Source: Candidatus Binatia bacterium (GTDB lineage: Bacteria; Desulfobacterota; Binatia; HRBIN30). Taken from it: DNA of 64,000 nucleotides. This document shows positions 40,307 through 49,123 of this stretch, piece by piece; positions within the stretch are counted from its first letter, which is position 1, and every line of letters starts with the position of its first letter. The notes below the pieces were generated by a model. That model worked only from the letters and a program-made list of their open reading frames with translations. It was not told the origin of the DNA and did no database searches. The stretch spans positions 64,001 to 128,000 of the forward strand of contig JBBRSP010000003.1 in assembly GCA_038245295.1 (NCBI GenBank), read 5' to 3'. The translations under genes and the position numbers were made by a program.

Positions 40307-42571
40307 ATGAAACGCATGACTATGGCGCTCGGCGTCGCGACTGTAGCGGTGTGCCTGGGCGCGCCGGCATGGGCACACGACCCGGACAACGGCGACCAGA
40401 CCGTTGCCGGGGCAACGCATGAGACCAAGCTCGACGAGGTTGTCATCGAAGCCAAGAAGCCGGTGTCGGCGGCCTCGTCCGACGAGGTGCGGGCGCGCGA
40501 CTACGAGCTACGCCCGCACGATACGACGCAAGAGATTCTTAATAACCTTCCTGGCGTTGTCGTGGCGCAACACCAGGGCGGCGGCAAAGCGACGCAGTAC
40601 CTCGTGCGCGGATTCGACGCTGACCACGGCACCGACTTCGCCGTCTCCGTCGACGGGCTGCCGGTCAACCTGCCGACACACGCGCACGGCCAGGGGTATG
40701 CCGATTTGAACTTCGTCATCCCGGAGACCATCGAGCGCTTGCAGCTGCGCAAAGGTCCGTACTTTGCCGACCTGGGTGATTTCGCCAATGCCGGTGCCCT
40801 CAACATGGTGACGCGGGATGAGGTGCCGGAGAACTTCGGACGCGCCGAAGGCGGTTCGTTCGGTACACAGCGCTACGTCGCCGCGGTTTCGCCGAAGCTC
40901 AGTTGGACGAAGAACTTGACCGCGGCGCAGGCGTATTTTTCGGACGGACCATTCGTCAATCCGCAACACTACGCGCGCTACAATTTCTTCACAAAGTTTA
41001 CGATCGATTCGTTGCCCGACTCGAAGTTGTCGCTGACGGCAAGTGTGTATCAGGGTGACTGGGACGGTTCGGGCGAAATCCCGCTGCGGGTCGTGCAAGA
41101 CGGCCGCTTGCAGTTGGATCCGGCCGGGACTCCCAATCCGCGAAGCCGCTCGTTCACGCGCTTCGACTCGATCGATCCCACCGAAGGTGGCTCAAGTGAT
41201 CGCGAGAACCTCAATCTTCAATATAACTATACGCCCAGCGCCCGCGACGACTGGTCGTTCCAACTCTACGGCTCGCGCTATAAGCTGCAGCTGTTTAGTG
41301 ATTTCACCTTCTTCAAGGACACGGGGTTGCGATTCAAAGATGCCAACGGCAACTACATCCCCGGCGACGGCATCGAGCAGAACGACTCGCGTCTGTTGTA
41401 CGGTGGGAAGGCCAAGTACACGCGAAACTGGGGCCTCAGCGATCTGCCCGGTCCGGTCCACGACATCGCGATGCAGACAGAGGTCGGTGTTGAAACACGC
41501 AACGACATCATCGACGTCGCGTTGCACCGCCAACTGCGCCGCCAAAGGTTCTTCACGGTGAACGATGTGGCCGTCGAAGAGCACACGTTCAGCGGTTTTT
41601 TGCAGCAGCAGGTATTCCTTACCGACTGGTTGCGGATTGAGGGTGGGTTACGCGGCGACGTCTTCCTCTTCGACGGCAGCAATCGGCTGCCGCAACAAGG
41701 CAACGACCCGAACTTCGACGCTGTGTACGTTGCCGGGAACTCGACCAACTCGATTGTCAGCCCGAAGGCGAGCATCATCTTGACGCCTCTCAACGACACC
41801 GACGTCTACCTGAACTACGGCAACGGTTTTCATTCGAACGACGCGCGCAATGTCCTGTTGGCCAAAGCCAACCCGCAACTGGCCGGAAATGCGACCTCGG
41901 CGTTGGCACGCTCCACCGGCTACGAGCTCGGCGCACGGACCCGCCAGTTCGGCAAACTCGACGTCGCGGCGGCCTTGTGGCTGCTCGATCTGCAAAGTGA
42001 GTTGGTGTTCTCCGGTGACGGTGGCAACCAGGAAACGGCGGCCGGAGGTAGCTTTCAGCCGAGCGGCCCAACCCGGCGCTGGGGCGTCGACTTCGAAACG
42101 CGTTACGAGCTGACCAGTTGGTTGTTCGCCGACTACGACTTGTCGTGGTCTGATCCGCGCTTTCGGAACACCGGCGAGGCCGTGCCGTTGGCCCCAACGC
42201 TGTTGATGAACGGTGGTTTGACGGCCGAGTGGGCGAATGGCTTCTCGGCTGGCTTGCGTGGGCGGTACCTGGGGGATCGGCCCGCCATCGAGGATCGCAG
42301 CCTGACGGCGCGAGGTTATTTCCTGTTGGACCTGTTGGGCAAATACCGTTGGCGCAATATCGAAGTGTCGTTGGTGCTGCTCAATCTGACCGACACGGAC
42401 TGGCGTGAGGCGCAGTTTGCCGACACGACCTGTGTCTTGGGGGAAGTGGGGAAGGGGAACTGCGCCGCCAACCCCGGCAAACAGGGCAGCCAGGGCGATC
42501 CACCGGACAGCATCCATTTCACTCCGGGTAATCCGTTCAACGTGCGCGGCGGCGTCAGTGTCTACTTCTAG
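40307..42571 (+). CDS. TonB-dependent outer-membrane receptor
   Basis: GGAGG RBS, signal peptide, TonB box LDEVVIEA, plug QHQGGGKATQYLVRGFDADHGTD and PTHAHGQGYAD, C-terminal VSVYF. Confidence 0.93.
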   Translation: MKRMTMALGVATVAVCLGAPAWAHDPDNGDQTVAGATHETKLDEVVIEAKKPVSAASSDEVRARDYELRPHDTTQEILNNLPGVVVAQHQGGGKATQYLVRGFDADHGTDFAVSVDGLPVNLPTHAHGQGYADLNFVIPETIERLQLRKGPYFADLGDFANAGALNMVTRDEVPENFGRAEGGSFGTQRYVAAVSPKLSWTKNLTAAQAYFSDGPFVNPQHYARYNFFTKFTIDSLPDSKLSLTASVYQGDWDGSGEIPLRVVQDGRLQLDPAGTPNPRSRSFTRFDSIDPTEGGSSDRENLNLQYNYTPSARDDWSFQLYGSRYKLQLFSDFTFFKDTGLRFKDANGNYIPGDGIEQNDSRLLYGGKAKYTRNWGLSDLPGPVHDIAMQTEVGVETRNDIIDVALHRQLRRQRFFTVNDVAVEEHTFSGFLQQQVFLTDWLRIEGGLRGDVFLFDGSNRLPQQGNDPNFDAVYVAGNSTNSIVSPKASIILTPLNDTDVYLNYGNGFHSNDARNVLLAKANPQLAGNATSALARSTGYELGARTRQFGKLDVAAALWLLDLQSELVFSGDGGNQETAAGGSFQPSGPTRRWGVDFETRYELTSWLFADYDLSWSDPRFRNTGEAVPLAPTLLMNGGLTAEWANGFSAGLRGRYLGDRPAIEDRSLTARGYFLLDLLGKYRWRNIEVSLVLLNLTDTDWREAQFADTTCVLGEVGKGNCAANPGKQGSQGDPPDSIHFTPGNPFNVRGGVSVYF

Positions 42572-42575
42572 GCCG

Positions 42576-43334
42576 ATGCCCCAGCAACTGTCCTCAACGA
42601 CCCGCTCGCCCGCTCTCGCTCCTGTGCGAGCGCGGGCGACGGCGGCTTCCGTCGCACTCCATCTCGTCTTGCTCGGGCTGGCATTTCTGTTGGGGCGGCA
42701 GTCGACCACACCACCGCCGATTCAGATTCGGTTGGTGTACGTCGAGCCCAAGGTGATCGATGCCCCAGCCCCCGCGCCGCCGCCGCCGGCTGCGGAACCG
42801 GCCCAAGCCGCACCGATTGAGGTGCCGCAGACGATGCCCCACAGGGCAGCCGAGAAGCCGATCGATCCGCCGCAACGCAAACATGTGATCGCCGCCAAGA
42901 AGCCGCCGGCAGCGCAGCAGGCGTCGCCACCGGCGCCGGATGCCGCTGCTTCAGATGCAGCCGTTGGTGGTCTCGAGGGTGGCGTGGTCGGTGGGGAAGT
43001 CGGCGGCAAAGAGGGCGGCCGAATTGGTGGCCAAGGTGATGCGCCTGTGCGTGAGGATCAGGTGGCACATCCGCCGACGGTCGTGTCGCGCGTCGTGCCG
43101 ACCTATCCCGCCATGGCACGGGCCCGCGGCATCGAAGGGCGTGTTCTGTTGCGAGCCATCGTTGATCGTGACGGCCATGTAGAACCGGCGGTGGAGGTCA
43201 TCGAATCGATGGCGCCGTTCGATGTCCCGGCAGTCGATGCCCTGCGCCAGTGGCACTTTCACCCGGGAAGCGACGCCGACGGAAAGACGGTCCGCGTGGT
43301 CGTCGAGGTGCCGATGCGTTTTCAGTTACGTTGA
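42576..43334 (+). CDS. tonB: Energy transducer TonB
   Basis: TM motif SVALH, Pro-rich linker, C-terminal PTYPAMARARGIEGRVLL...QWHFHP. Confidence 0.9.
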   Translation: MPQQLSSTTRSPALAPVRARATAASVALHLVLLGLAFLLGRQSTTPPPIQIRLVYVEPKVIDAPAPAPPPPAAEPAQAAPIEVPQTMPHRAAEKPIDPPQRKHVIAAKKPPAAQQASPPAPDAAASDAAVGGLEGGVVGGEVGGKEGGRIGGQGDAPVREDQVAHPPTVVSRVVPTYPAMARARGIEGRVLLRAIVDRDGHVEPAVEVIESMAPFDVPAVDALRQWHFHPGSDADGKTVRVVVEVPMRFQLR

Positions 43335-43342
43335 ATCAAACT

Positions 43343-43366
43343 GGTAGGCGCAGGCTTCAGCCTGCG
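43343..43366 (+). repeat. GTAG-type REP-like palindrome
   Basis: GGTAGGCGCAGGCTTCAGCCTGCG, identical to the copy at 9967. Confidence 0.85.
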
Positions 43367-43387
43367 GTGTGCTCCGATAATTTGCTG

Positions 43388-43690
43388 TCAGCCAAGCACG
43401 GCGCGGAATTGCCGGAGCAGCTCGTGGCGCAACTGTTCGGGCACATCGTCGTCGGTGAGTTTGGCCAGGTCACTGCGGTACCAGTGACAATCCTTGACGT
43501 AGAAATAGGAAAACACACTGTCGTAGGCGACCGTCGCGGTGAGAGCGTAGTCGCCGGCCCGCATCGCCAGCACGCGTTTGTCCGAGGCGATGACAAAACG
43601 CTTGTCGTGCATGGCGCGAAACAGGTTCAGTCGTAAACCCGTGTAGCGACGCAAACACGTCCATCTCGCTTCAAGCGAGTGCTGGCTCAT
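43388..43690 (-). CDS. Hypothetical protein (100 aa)
   Basis: ORF fills the gap between the REP and tldD; no recognisable motif. Confidence 0.45.
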   Translation of the reverse strand: MSQHSLEARWTCLRRYTGLRLNLFRAMHDKRFVIASDKRVLAMRAGDYALTATVAYDSVFSYFYVKDCHWYRSDLAKLTDDDVPEQLRHELLRQFRAVLG

Positions 43691-43785
43691 CGAGCCGCTC
43701 CATTGCGCGCTTCAAACACTCTATGTGGCTCCGTGTAGATCCGTATGGTAGTCAGAAAAAAAACCTGAGATCAAGGAACTTCTCA

Positions 43786-45240
43786 ATGCCGACCCCCCCG
43801 ACCACTGTCGATCCCGTCCGCTTCTTTTTGGAGCGCTTCGGGCTATCGCACAACCAACTCGAAAATACCGTCGCCTCGGCCATCGCCCGCCGCGCTGACT
43901 ACGCTGATCTCTACTTCGAATTCCGTACATTACAAAGTCTCAGCTTGGAAGATGGAATCGTCAAGAGCGCCGGACAGCACGTGGCGCAGGGCGCCGGCGT
44001 GCGCGTCGTCGCCGGCGACAAGACCGGTTACGCGCACTCCGACGACGTTAGCATTGAGAGTCTGCAGTTGGCCACGCGGACGGCTCAAGCGATCGCCCAG
44101 CAGTCGAGTGATCCGCGTTCGGTGGCGGTTCGCCCGATGGTCGCGGCGCACGATCTCTACACCCTGGCGCGGTCGCCGTTCGACATCCGGCTGGCCGACA
44201 AGGTCGACCTTCTCAACCGCATCGATATCGCGGCGCGGCGTCACGACTCGCGCATCAAGAACGTGATGGCCTCGGTGGCGGTCGAAGAAAAGTACATCGT
44301 CATCGTAGGGTCGACCGGCTTTATCATCGGCGACGTACAACCTCTCGTACGCCTCAATGTCACCTGCATCGCCGAGGAGAATGGCCAGCGCCAACAAGGC
44401 ACCTATGGCGGCGGCGGTCGGGTAGAATTCGAGTTTCTCCTGCAAGAGGACCGCTGGCTGCGCTACACGCGTACCGCTGCAGACCATGCCCTGCGCAACT
44501 TGAAAGCGGTGGATGCCCCAGCGGGATCGATGACCGTCGTGCTGGGCCCGGGTTGGCCCGGCGTGCTGTTACACGAGGCCGTTGGTCACGGACTGGAAGG
44601 CGACTTCAATCGCAAGCAGATCTCGGCGTTCTCGGGCCTGATCGGCAAACAGGTGGCGTCGGAGTTGGTGAGTGTCGTCGACGACGGGACGATGCCGAAT
44701 CGCCGCGGTTCGTTGAACGTCGACGACGAAGGCACACCGACCAGCCGCACGGTGCTCATCGAGAAGGGTATCCTGCGCGGTTACCTGCAGGACCGCATGA
44801 ACGGGCGATTGTCGGGAATGCCGCTCACAGGAAATGGCCGGCGCGAGAGTTTTGCGCACATGCCGATGCCGCGCATGACGAACACGTTCATGTTGGCCGG
44901 CGAGTCGACGCACGACGATATCATTCGGTCGGTCGACCGCGGCTTGTACGCCGCCTACTTCGGCGGCGGCCAGGTCGACATCACCAGCGGCAAGTTCGTC
45001 TTCTCGGCGAGCGAGGCCTATCTGATCGAGGGTGGTAAACTGACGCGTCCCGTGAAGGGTGCAACCTTGATCGGTAGCGGCCCCGAAGCGCTCAAGCGTG
45101 TCTCTATGGTGGGTAACGATCTTGAGCTCGACGAAGGCATCGGCACTTGCGGCAAGGACGGCCAATCGGTGCCCGTTGGGGTCGGTATGCCGACGGTGCG
45201 AATCGACGGCATGACCGTCGGTGGAACACAGGCGAGCTGA
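43786..45240 (+). CDS. tldD: Metalloprotease TldD
   Basis: ADLYFE, GPGWPGVLLHEAVGHGLEGDFNRK, TGNGRRES, CGKDGQSVPVGVG. Confidence 0.96.
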   Translation: MPTPPTTVDPVRFFLERFGLSHNQLENTVASAIARRADYADLYFEFRTLQSLSLEDGIVKSAGQHVAQGAGVRVVAGDKTGYAHSDDVSIESLQLATRTAQAIAQQSSDPRSVAVRPMVAAHDLYTLARSPFDIRLADKVDLLNRIDIAARRHDSRIKNVMASVAVEEKYIVIVGSTGFIIGDVQPLVRLNVTCIAEENGQRQQGTYGGGGRVEFEFLLQEDRWLRYTRTAADHALRNLKAVDAPAGSMTVVLGPGWPGVLLHEAVGHGLEGDFNRKQISAFSGLIGKQVASELVSVVDDGTMPNRRGSLNVDDEGTPTSRTVLIEKGILRGYLQDRMNGRLSGMPLTGNGRRESFAHMPMPRMTNTFMLAGESTHDDIIRSVDRGLYAAYFGGGQVDITSGKFVFSASEAYLIEGGKLTRPVKGATLIGSGPEALKRVSMVGNDLELDEGIGTCGKDGQSVPVGVGMPTVRIDGMTVGGTQAS

Positions 45241-45243
45241 GCT

Positions 45244-46599
45244 ATGGGACTCGACATGCAACTCGAAGACGTGGCGCAGCAGCTTCTGGCGGCGGCCAAG
45301 AGTGCTGGAGCAACGGCCGCCGACGTCGTCGTCGCCGAAGGCGACTCGCTCGAAACGGGGGTCCGCCTCGGCGAGATTGAGAAGCTCAAACAGTCGCGCC
45401 AGAAACATCTTGGTTTGCGCGTGTTCGTCGGTGACCGAAGCGCCGTGACCTCGTCGTCTGATTTCTCGGCCGCTGCGATTCGTCAACTCGCCGTCGATAC
45501 CTGTGAGCTGGCAAAGGTGATCGCGGCCGACCCATTTGGTGGGCTCCCGGAGGCGTCCGACCTGGCCCAATCGGTGCCAGATCTCGATCTCTACGACCCA
45601 GCCGTCGCCGAGTTCACGGCCGAGGCGGCCATCGAGCTGGCCAAGGAAGCCGAAGCGGCGGCGCTCGGAGCCGATCCGCGTATCACCAATTCCGAGGGTG
45701 CCGAGTGTGGCGCGTCGACGTCGCGTGTTTTGTATGCCTCGTCGCTCGGCTTCTTGGGCAGCTATCGCGACTCGGGTGTATCCCTGTCGACCGTACCGAT
45801 CGCCTCCGAGAACGGTTCGATGCAGCGCGACTACTGGTACACCGCGCAACGCCGCCTTTCGGCGCTCGAGGCGCCCGGGGACGTTGGTCGCAAGGCGGCG
45901 GCCCGGGCTTTGCGGCGCCTCAACGGCAAGCAGGTCAAAACGTGCGCGGTACCGGTCGTATTCGATCCGGACGTTGCCGCAAGCCTGATCCGTCACCTCG
46001 CGGGAGCGGTCTCGGGATATTCTCTCTATAAGGGGAGCTCGTTCTTGATCGGTAAACTCGGCCAACGCATCGCGCCGGAGTTTGTGACGATCTTCGACGA
46101 TGGCACCCTGGTCGGGCGCCTGGGCTCGAAGCCGTTCGATGCCGAAGGTTTGGCGACCCGCCGCAATGTTGTGGTCGAGAAGGGTGTCTTGAAGAGTTAC
46201 CTGTTCGACACCTATTCGGCACGCAAGCTCAACAGCCGCAGCACCGGCAATGCGGCGCGCTCGGTTGGTTCGCCGCCGATGGTGTCGACGACCAACTTCA
46301 TTCTCGAAGCCGGTACTTCAACGCCGCAAGAGATCATCGCTTCGGTGCGTGACGGGCTCTATGTGACCGAGCTCATCGGTATGGGCGTCAACGGGACCAC
46401 CGGTGACTACTCGCGTGGTGCCGTCGGCTTGTGGATTGAGAACGGCCAGCTGGCGTATCCGGTGGAAGAGATCACCATTGCCGGGAACCTGCTGGAGATG
46501 TACCAGCGCCTCGAGATGATCGGCAACGATCTCGACTATCGTCATTCGGTTTGTGCGCCGACGCTCAAGATCGCCAAAATGACCGTTGCGGGAAGCTGA
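45244..46599 (+). CDS. pmbA: TldE/PmbA metalloprotease partner
   Basis: MQRDYWY, FDAEG, STGNA, TGDYSRGA, EITIAGNL; follows tldD. Confidence 0.94.
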   Translation: MGLDMQLEDVAQQLLAAAKSAGATAADVVVAEGDSLETGVRLGEIEKLKQSRQKHLGLRVFVGDRSAVTSSSDFSAAAIRQLAVDTCELAKVIAADPFGGLPEASDLAQSVPDLDLYDPAVAEFTAEAAIELAKEAEAAALGADPRITNSEGAECGASTSRVLYASSLGFLGSYRDSGVSLSTVPIASENGSMQRDYWYTAQRRLSALEAPGDVGRKAAARALRRLNGKQVKTCAVPVVFDPDVAASLIRHLAGAVSGYSLYKGSSFLIGKLGQRIAPEFVTIFDDGTLVGRLGSKPFDAEGLATRRNVVVEKGVLKSYLFDTYSARKLNSRSTGNAARSVGSPPMVSTTNFILEAGTSTPQEIIASVRDGLYVTELIGMGVNGTTGDYSRGAVGLWIENGQLAYPVEEITIAGNLLEMYQRLEMIGNDLDYRHSVCAPTLKIAKMTVAGS

Positions 46600-47240
46600 T
46601 GCGATTGCGCTCCGTCGTCCTGTTGCTGCTGCTCGTCGGGGGCAGTGGCTGCGGGCTTTTCCGGCACAGCATCGAGGCGACCCCTGGCGCCAGTGAGGAG
46701 GGCACGGCCTCGTGGTACGGTCCTGGGTTTCACGGCAACAAGACGGCCAGCGGCGAAGTTTATGATCAGCGCGACCTCACGGCGGCGCATCAGACCCTGC
46801 CGCTGGGCACGCGGGTGTCGGTCACCAATCTGGCCAATGGTCGTGAGATCGAAGTGCGCATCAACGATCGCGGCCCGTTCGCGCGCCGGCGAATCATCGA
46901 TCTGTCGTATGCCGCGGCGCAAGCGATCGGTATGGTCGGCCCGGGGACAGCCACCGTGCGGATCGAAGTTCTTGATCAAGGCGGCGAGACAATGCCCAGC
47001 GCCACCTTCACCATTCAGGTCGGTTCGTTTGCGGATGAGCGTAACGCCACGGCGTTGCGCGAACGCCTTGGGACGCGTTTTGGCGACGTTCGCATCGTCC
47101 CGGCCGTGACCCCGTCGGGCAGCTTCTTCCGTGTTCGCGTCGGTACGTTCACGCAGCGTGAGCGCGCCGCCAAACGCGCCCGGGATCTCGCACCCATAGG
47201 CCTGACTCCGATCGTCGTCGAAGACGGGCAACGCCTCTAG
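46599..47240 (+). CDS. rlpA: Septal ring lytic transglycosylase RlpA (DPBB + SPOR)
   Basis: Lipobox, GTASWYG, TAAHQTLP, RINDRGPF, IIDLS, SPOR IQVGSF. Confidence 0.94.
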   Translation: MRLRSVVLLLLLVGGSGCGLFRHSIEATPGASEEGTASWYGPGFHGNKTASGEVYDQRDLTAAHQTLPLGTRVSVTNLANGREIEVRINDRGPFARRRIIDLSYAAAQAIGMVGPGTATVRIEVLDQGGETMPSATFTIQVGSFADERNATALRERLGTRFGDVRIVPAVTPSGSFFRVRVGTFTQRERAAKRARDLAPIGLTPIVVEDGQRL

Positions 47241-47258
47241 GGAAATTGCGGGAACTGC

Positions 47259-47876
47259 GTGTCGGGTAACTCGAAGCCGCTGGCTGAAGCTCTCGTGTTG
47301 CTCGTCCTGACCCTGGCATTGGCGATTGGCCTGCACGCACCGATGATGTGGTTGGTAGTGCCCGTCGCCTGGCTGAGTTGGTGCGGTCGCGAGCCGGCGG
47401 CCTACGGCCTGAGCGCGCGCCATTGGGGTTCTTGGAGTTTTCACCTGTTCAATGCGGTTGGGATCCTTGGGGCCTATCTCGTCGTCCACTATTGTTACGG
47501 GCACTTCTGGCTGGGACATGAGTTTGTCCTGCGCTGGCCCGAGGAACCGCTGTGGTTCGCCTTCAACCAGATTCTAGCCACGGCTCTTCCTGAGGAATGC
47601 TTCTTCCGCGGCTATTTGCAGACGCAGCTCGACCTGGCCTGGCCACCACGTTGGCGTCTTCTCGGCGCGACGGTCGGCCCTGGATTGTTCCTCACAGCTC
47701 TGTTGTTCGGCCTTTGTCATCTGTTTCATGGCGGGCCCGCCCGAGTGGTCACGGCGCTGCCGGGATTGTGGTACGGCTGGCAGAGGGCGCGTACCGGATC
47801 CATCGCGGCCTCGGTCTTCTACCACGGCGCCAGCAACGTTCTGATGGCGACAATGCTTGGAAGTTTAAGTTCTTGA
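47259..47876 (+). CDS. CPBP (CAAX-protease) family intramembrane glutamic endopeptidase
   Basis: PEECFFRGYLQ, FGLCH, HGASN motifs; several TMs. Confidence 0.88.
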   Translation: MSGNSKPLAEALVLLVLTLALAIGLHAPMMWLVVPVAWLSWCGREPAAYGLSARHWGSWSFHLFNAVGILGAYLVVHYCYGHFWLGHEFVLRWPEEPLWFAFNQILATALPEECFFRGYLQTQLDLAWPPRWRLLGATVGPGLFLTALLFGLCHLFHGGPARVVTALPGLWYGWQRARTGSIAASVFYHGASNVLMATMLGSLSS

Positions 47877-47951
47877 CGAGTCCGTCGACTCGGTGACACG
47901 CCGCCGCCGCCGGTGCGGTTGTCAATCGCCTGTGTCGGAAGCTCTTGCATC

Positions 47952-47967
47952 TGGCGTGCGAATTGCT
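47952..47967 (+). promoter_or_regulatory. Sigma-54 (-24/-12) promoter motif upstream of pilT
   Basis: TGGCGT-GCGAA-TTGCT, 31 nt before the pilT ATG. Confidence 0.55.
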
Positions 47968-47998
47968 GCATTGCAGAGGTTGGAGGGGACTGTACGCC

Positions 47999-49114
47999 AT
48001 GGACATCACGCAACTACTGACGTTTGCACATCGGGAAGGCGCCTCGGACGTCCATCTGTCGGCTGGCGAGCCCCCGATGGTGCGTATGCATGGCGACATG
48101 AAGAAGATCGAGCACCCGCCGTTGTCGCATGAGGAAGTGCACGACATGGTGTTCGACATCATGAGCGACGCCGTGCGGCGTGTGTTCCAAGAAACCAACG
48201 ATGTCGACTTTTCCTTCGAGCTCGGAGATATCGCCCGCTTCCGCGTCAACGTCTTCCGGACGCGACGCGGCGAGGCAGGCGTCTTCCGAACAATTCCGAC
48301 CAAGGTCATGACACTCGACGAGCTCGGCCTGCCGCCGATCCTGCGCGACTTGTGCAATAAGGAGAAGGGTCTGGTTCTGGTCACCGGACCCACCGGCTCG
48401 GGTAAATCGACGACGCTCGCGGCGATGATCGACTACATCAACGAGACCTATGAAGGCCACATCTTAACGATCGAGGATCCGATCGAGTTCGTGCATAAGT
48501 CGAAGAAGTGTCTGGTCAACCAACGCGAGGTTGGGCCGCACACCATGAGTTTCGACAACGCGCTACGCGGTGCCTTGCGTGAAGATCCGGACGTCATTCT
48601 GGTCGGCGAAATGCGTGACCTGGAGACAATCTCCTTGGCCCTGACGGCCGCTGAAACGGGCCATCTCGTGTTCGGTACGCTGCATACGTCGAGCGCTCCG
48701 AAAACCGTCGATCGCGTCATCGACGTATTCCCCGCGGCGCAGCAGGAGCAGATCCGCGCCATGTTCGCCGAGTCGATCCAAGCGGTGGTGACGCAGACGC
48801 TCTTAAAGAAGCGCGCCGGCGGGCGCATCGCGGCACTGGAGATCCTCATTGGCACATCGGCCGTGCGCAATCTGATCCGCGAGAACAAGATTCACCAGAT
48901 CCCGTCGATGCTACAGACGGGTCAATCCTTTGGCATGCAGACGATGGATATGGCGCTGACCGAGCTGGCGAGCCGTGGCGTGGTTACCAAGGAGGAAGCA
49001 CAGGCCAAGAGCATGACGTCGAACCTGTTTGGTGCACCAATCCCGGGCAGTGGTCCTGCCGATCCCAGGGCGGCACAACAGCGTCTGACTCGACCAACGT
49101 TGGCCGGTCGTTGA
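47999..49114 (+). CDS. pilT: Type IV pilus retraction ATPase PilT
   Basis: ASDVHL, GPTGSGKSTT, TIEDPIE, ALREDPD, GTLHT, AVRNLIRE. Confidence 0.96.
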   Translation: MDITQLLTFAHREGASDVHLSAGEPPMVRMHGDMKKIEHPPLSHEEVHDMVFDIMSDAVRRVFQETNDVDFSFELGDIARFRVNVFRTRRGEAGVFRTIPTKVMTLDELGLPPILRDLCNKEKGLVLVTGPTGSGKSTTLAAMIDYINETYEGHILTIEDPIEFVHKSKKCLVNQREVGPHTMSFDNALRGALREDPDVILVGEMRDLETISLALTAAETGHLVFGTLHTSSAPKTVDRVIDVFPAAQQEQIRAMFAESIQAVVTQTLLKKRAGGRIAALEILIGTSAVRNLIRENKIHQIPSMLQTGQSFGMQTMDMALTELASRGVVTKEEAQAKSMTSNLFGAPIPGSGPADPRAAQQRLTRPTLAGR

Positions 49115-49123
49115 GGTAGGACG

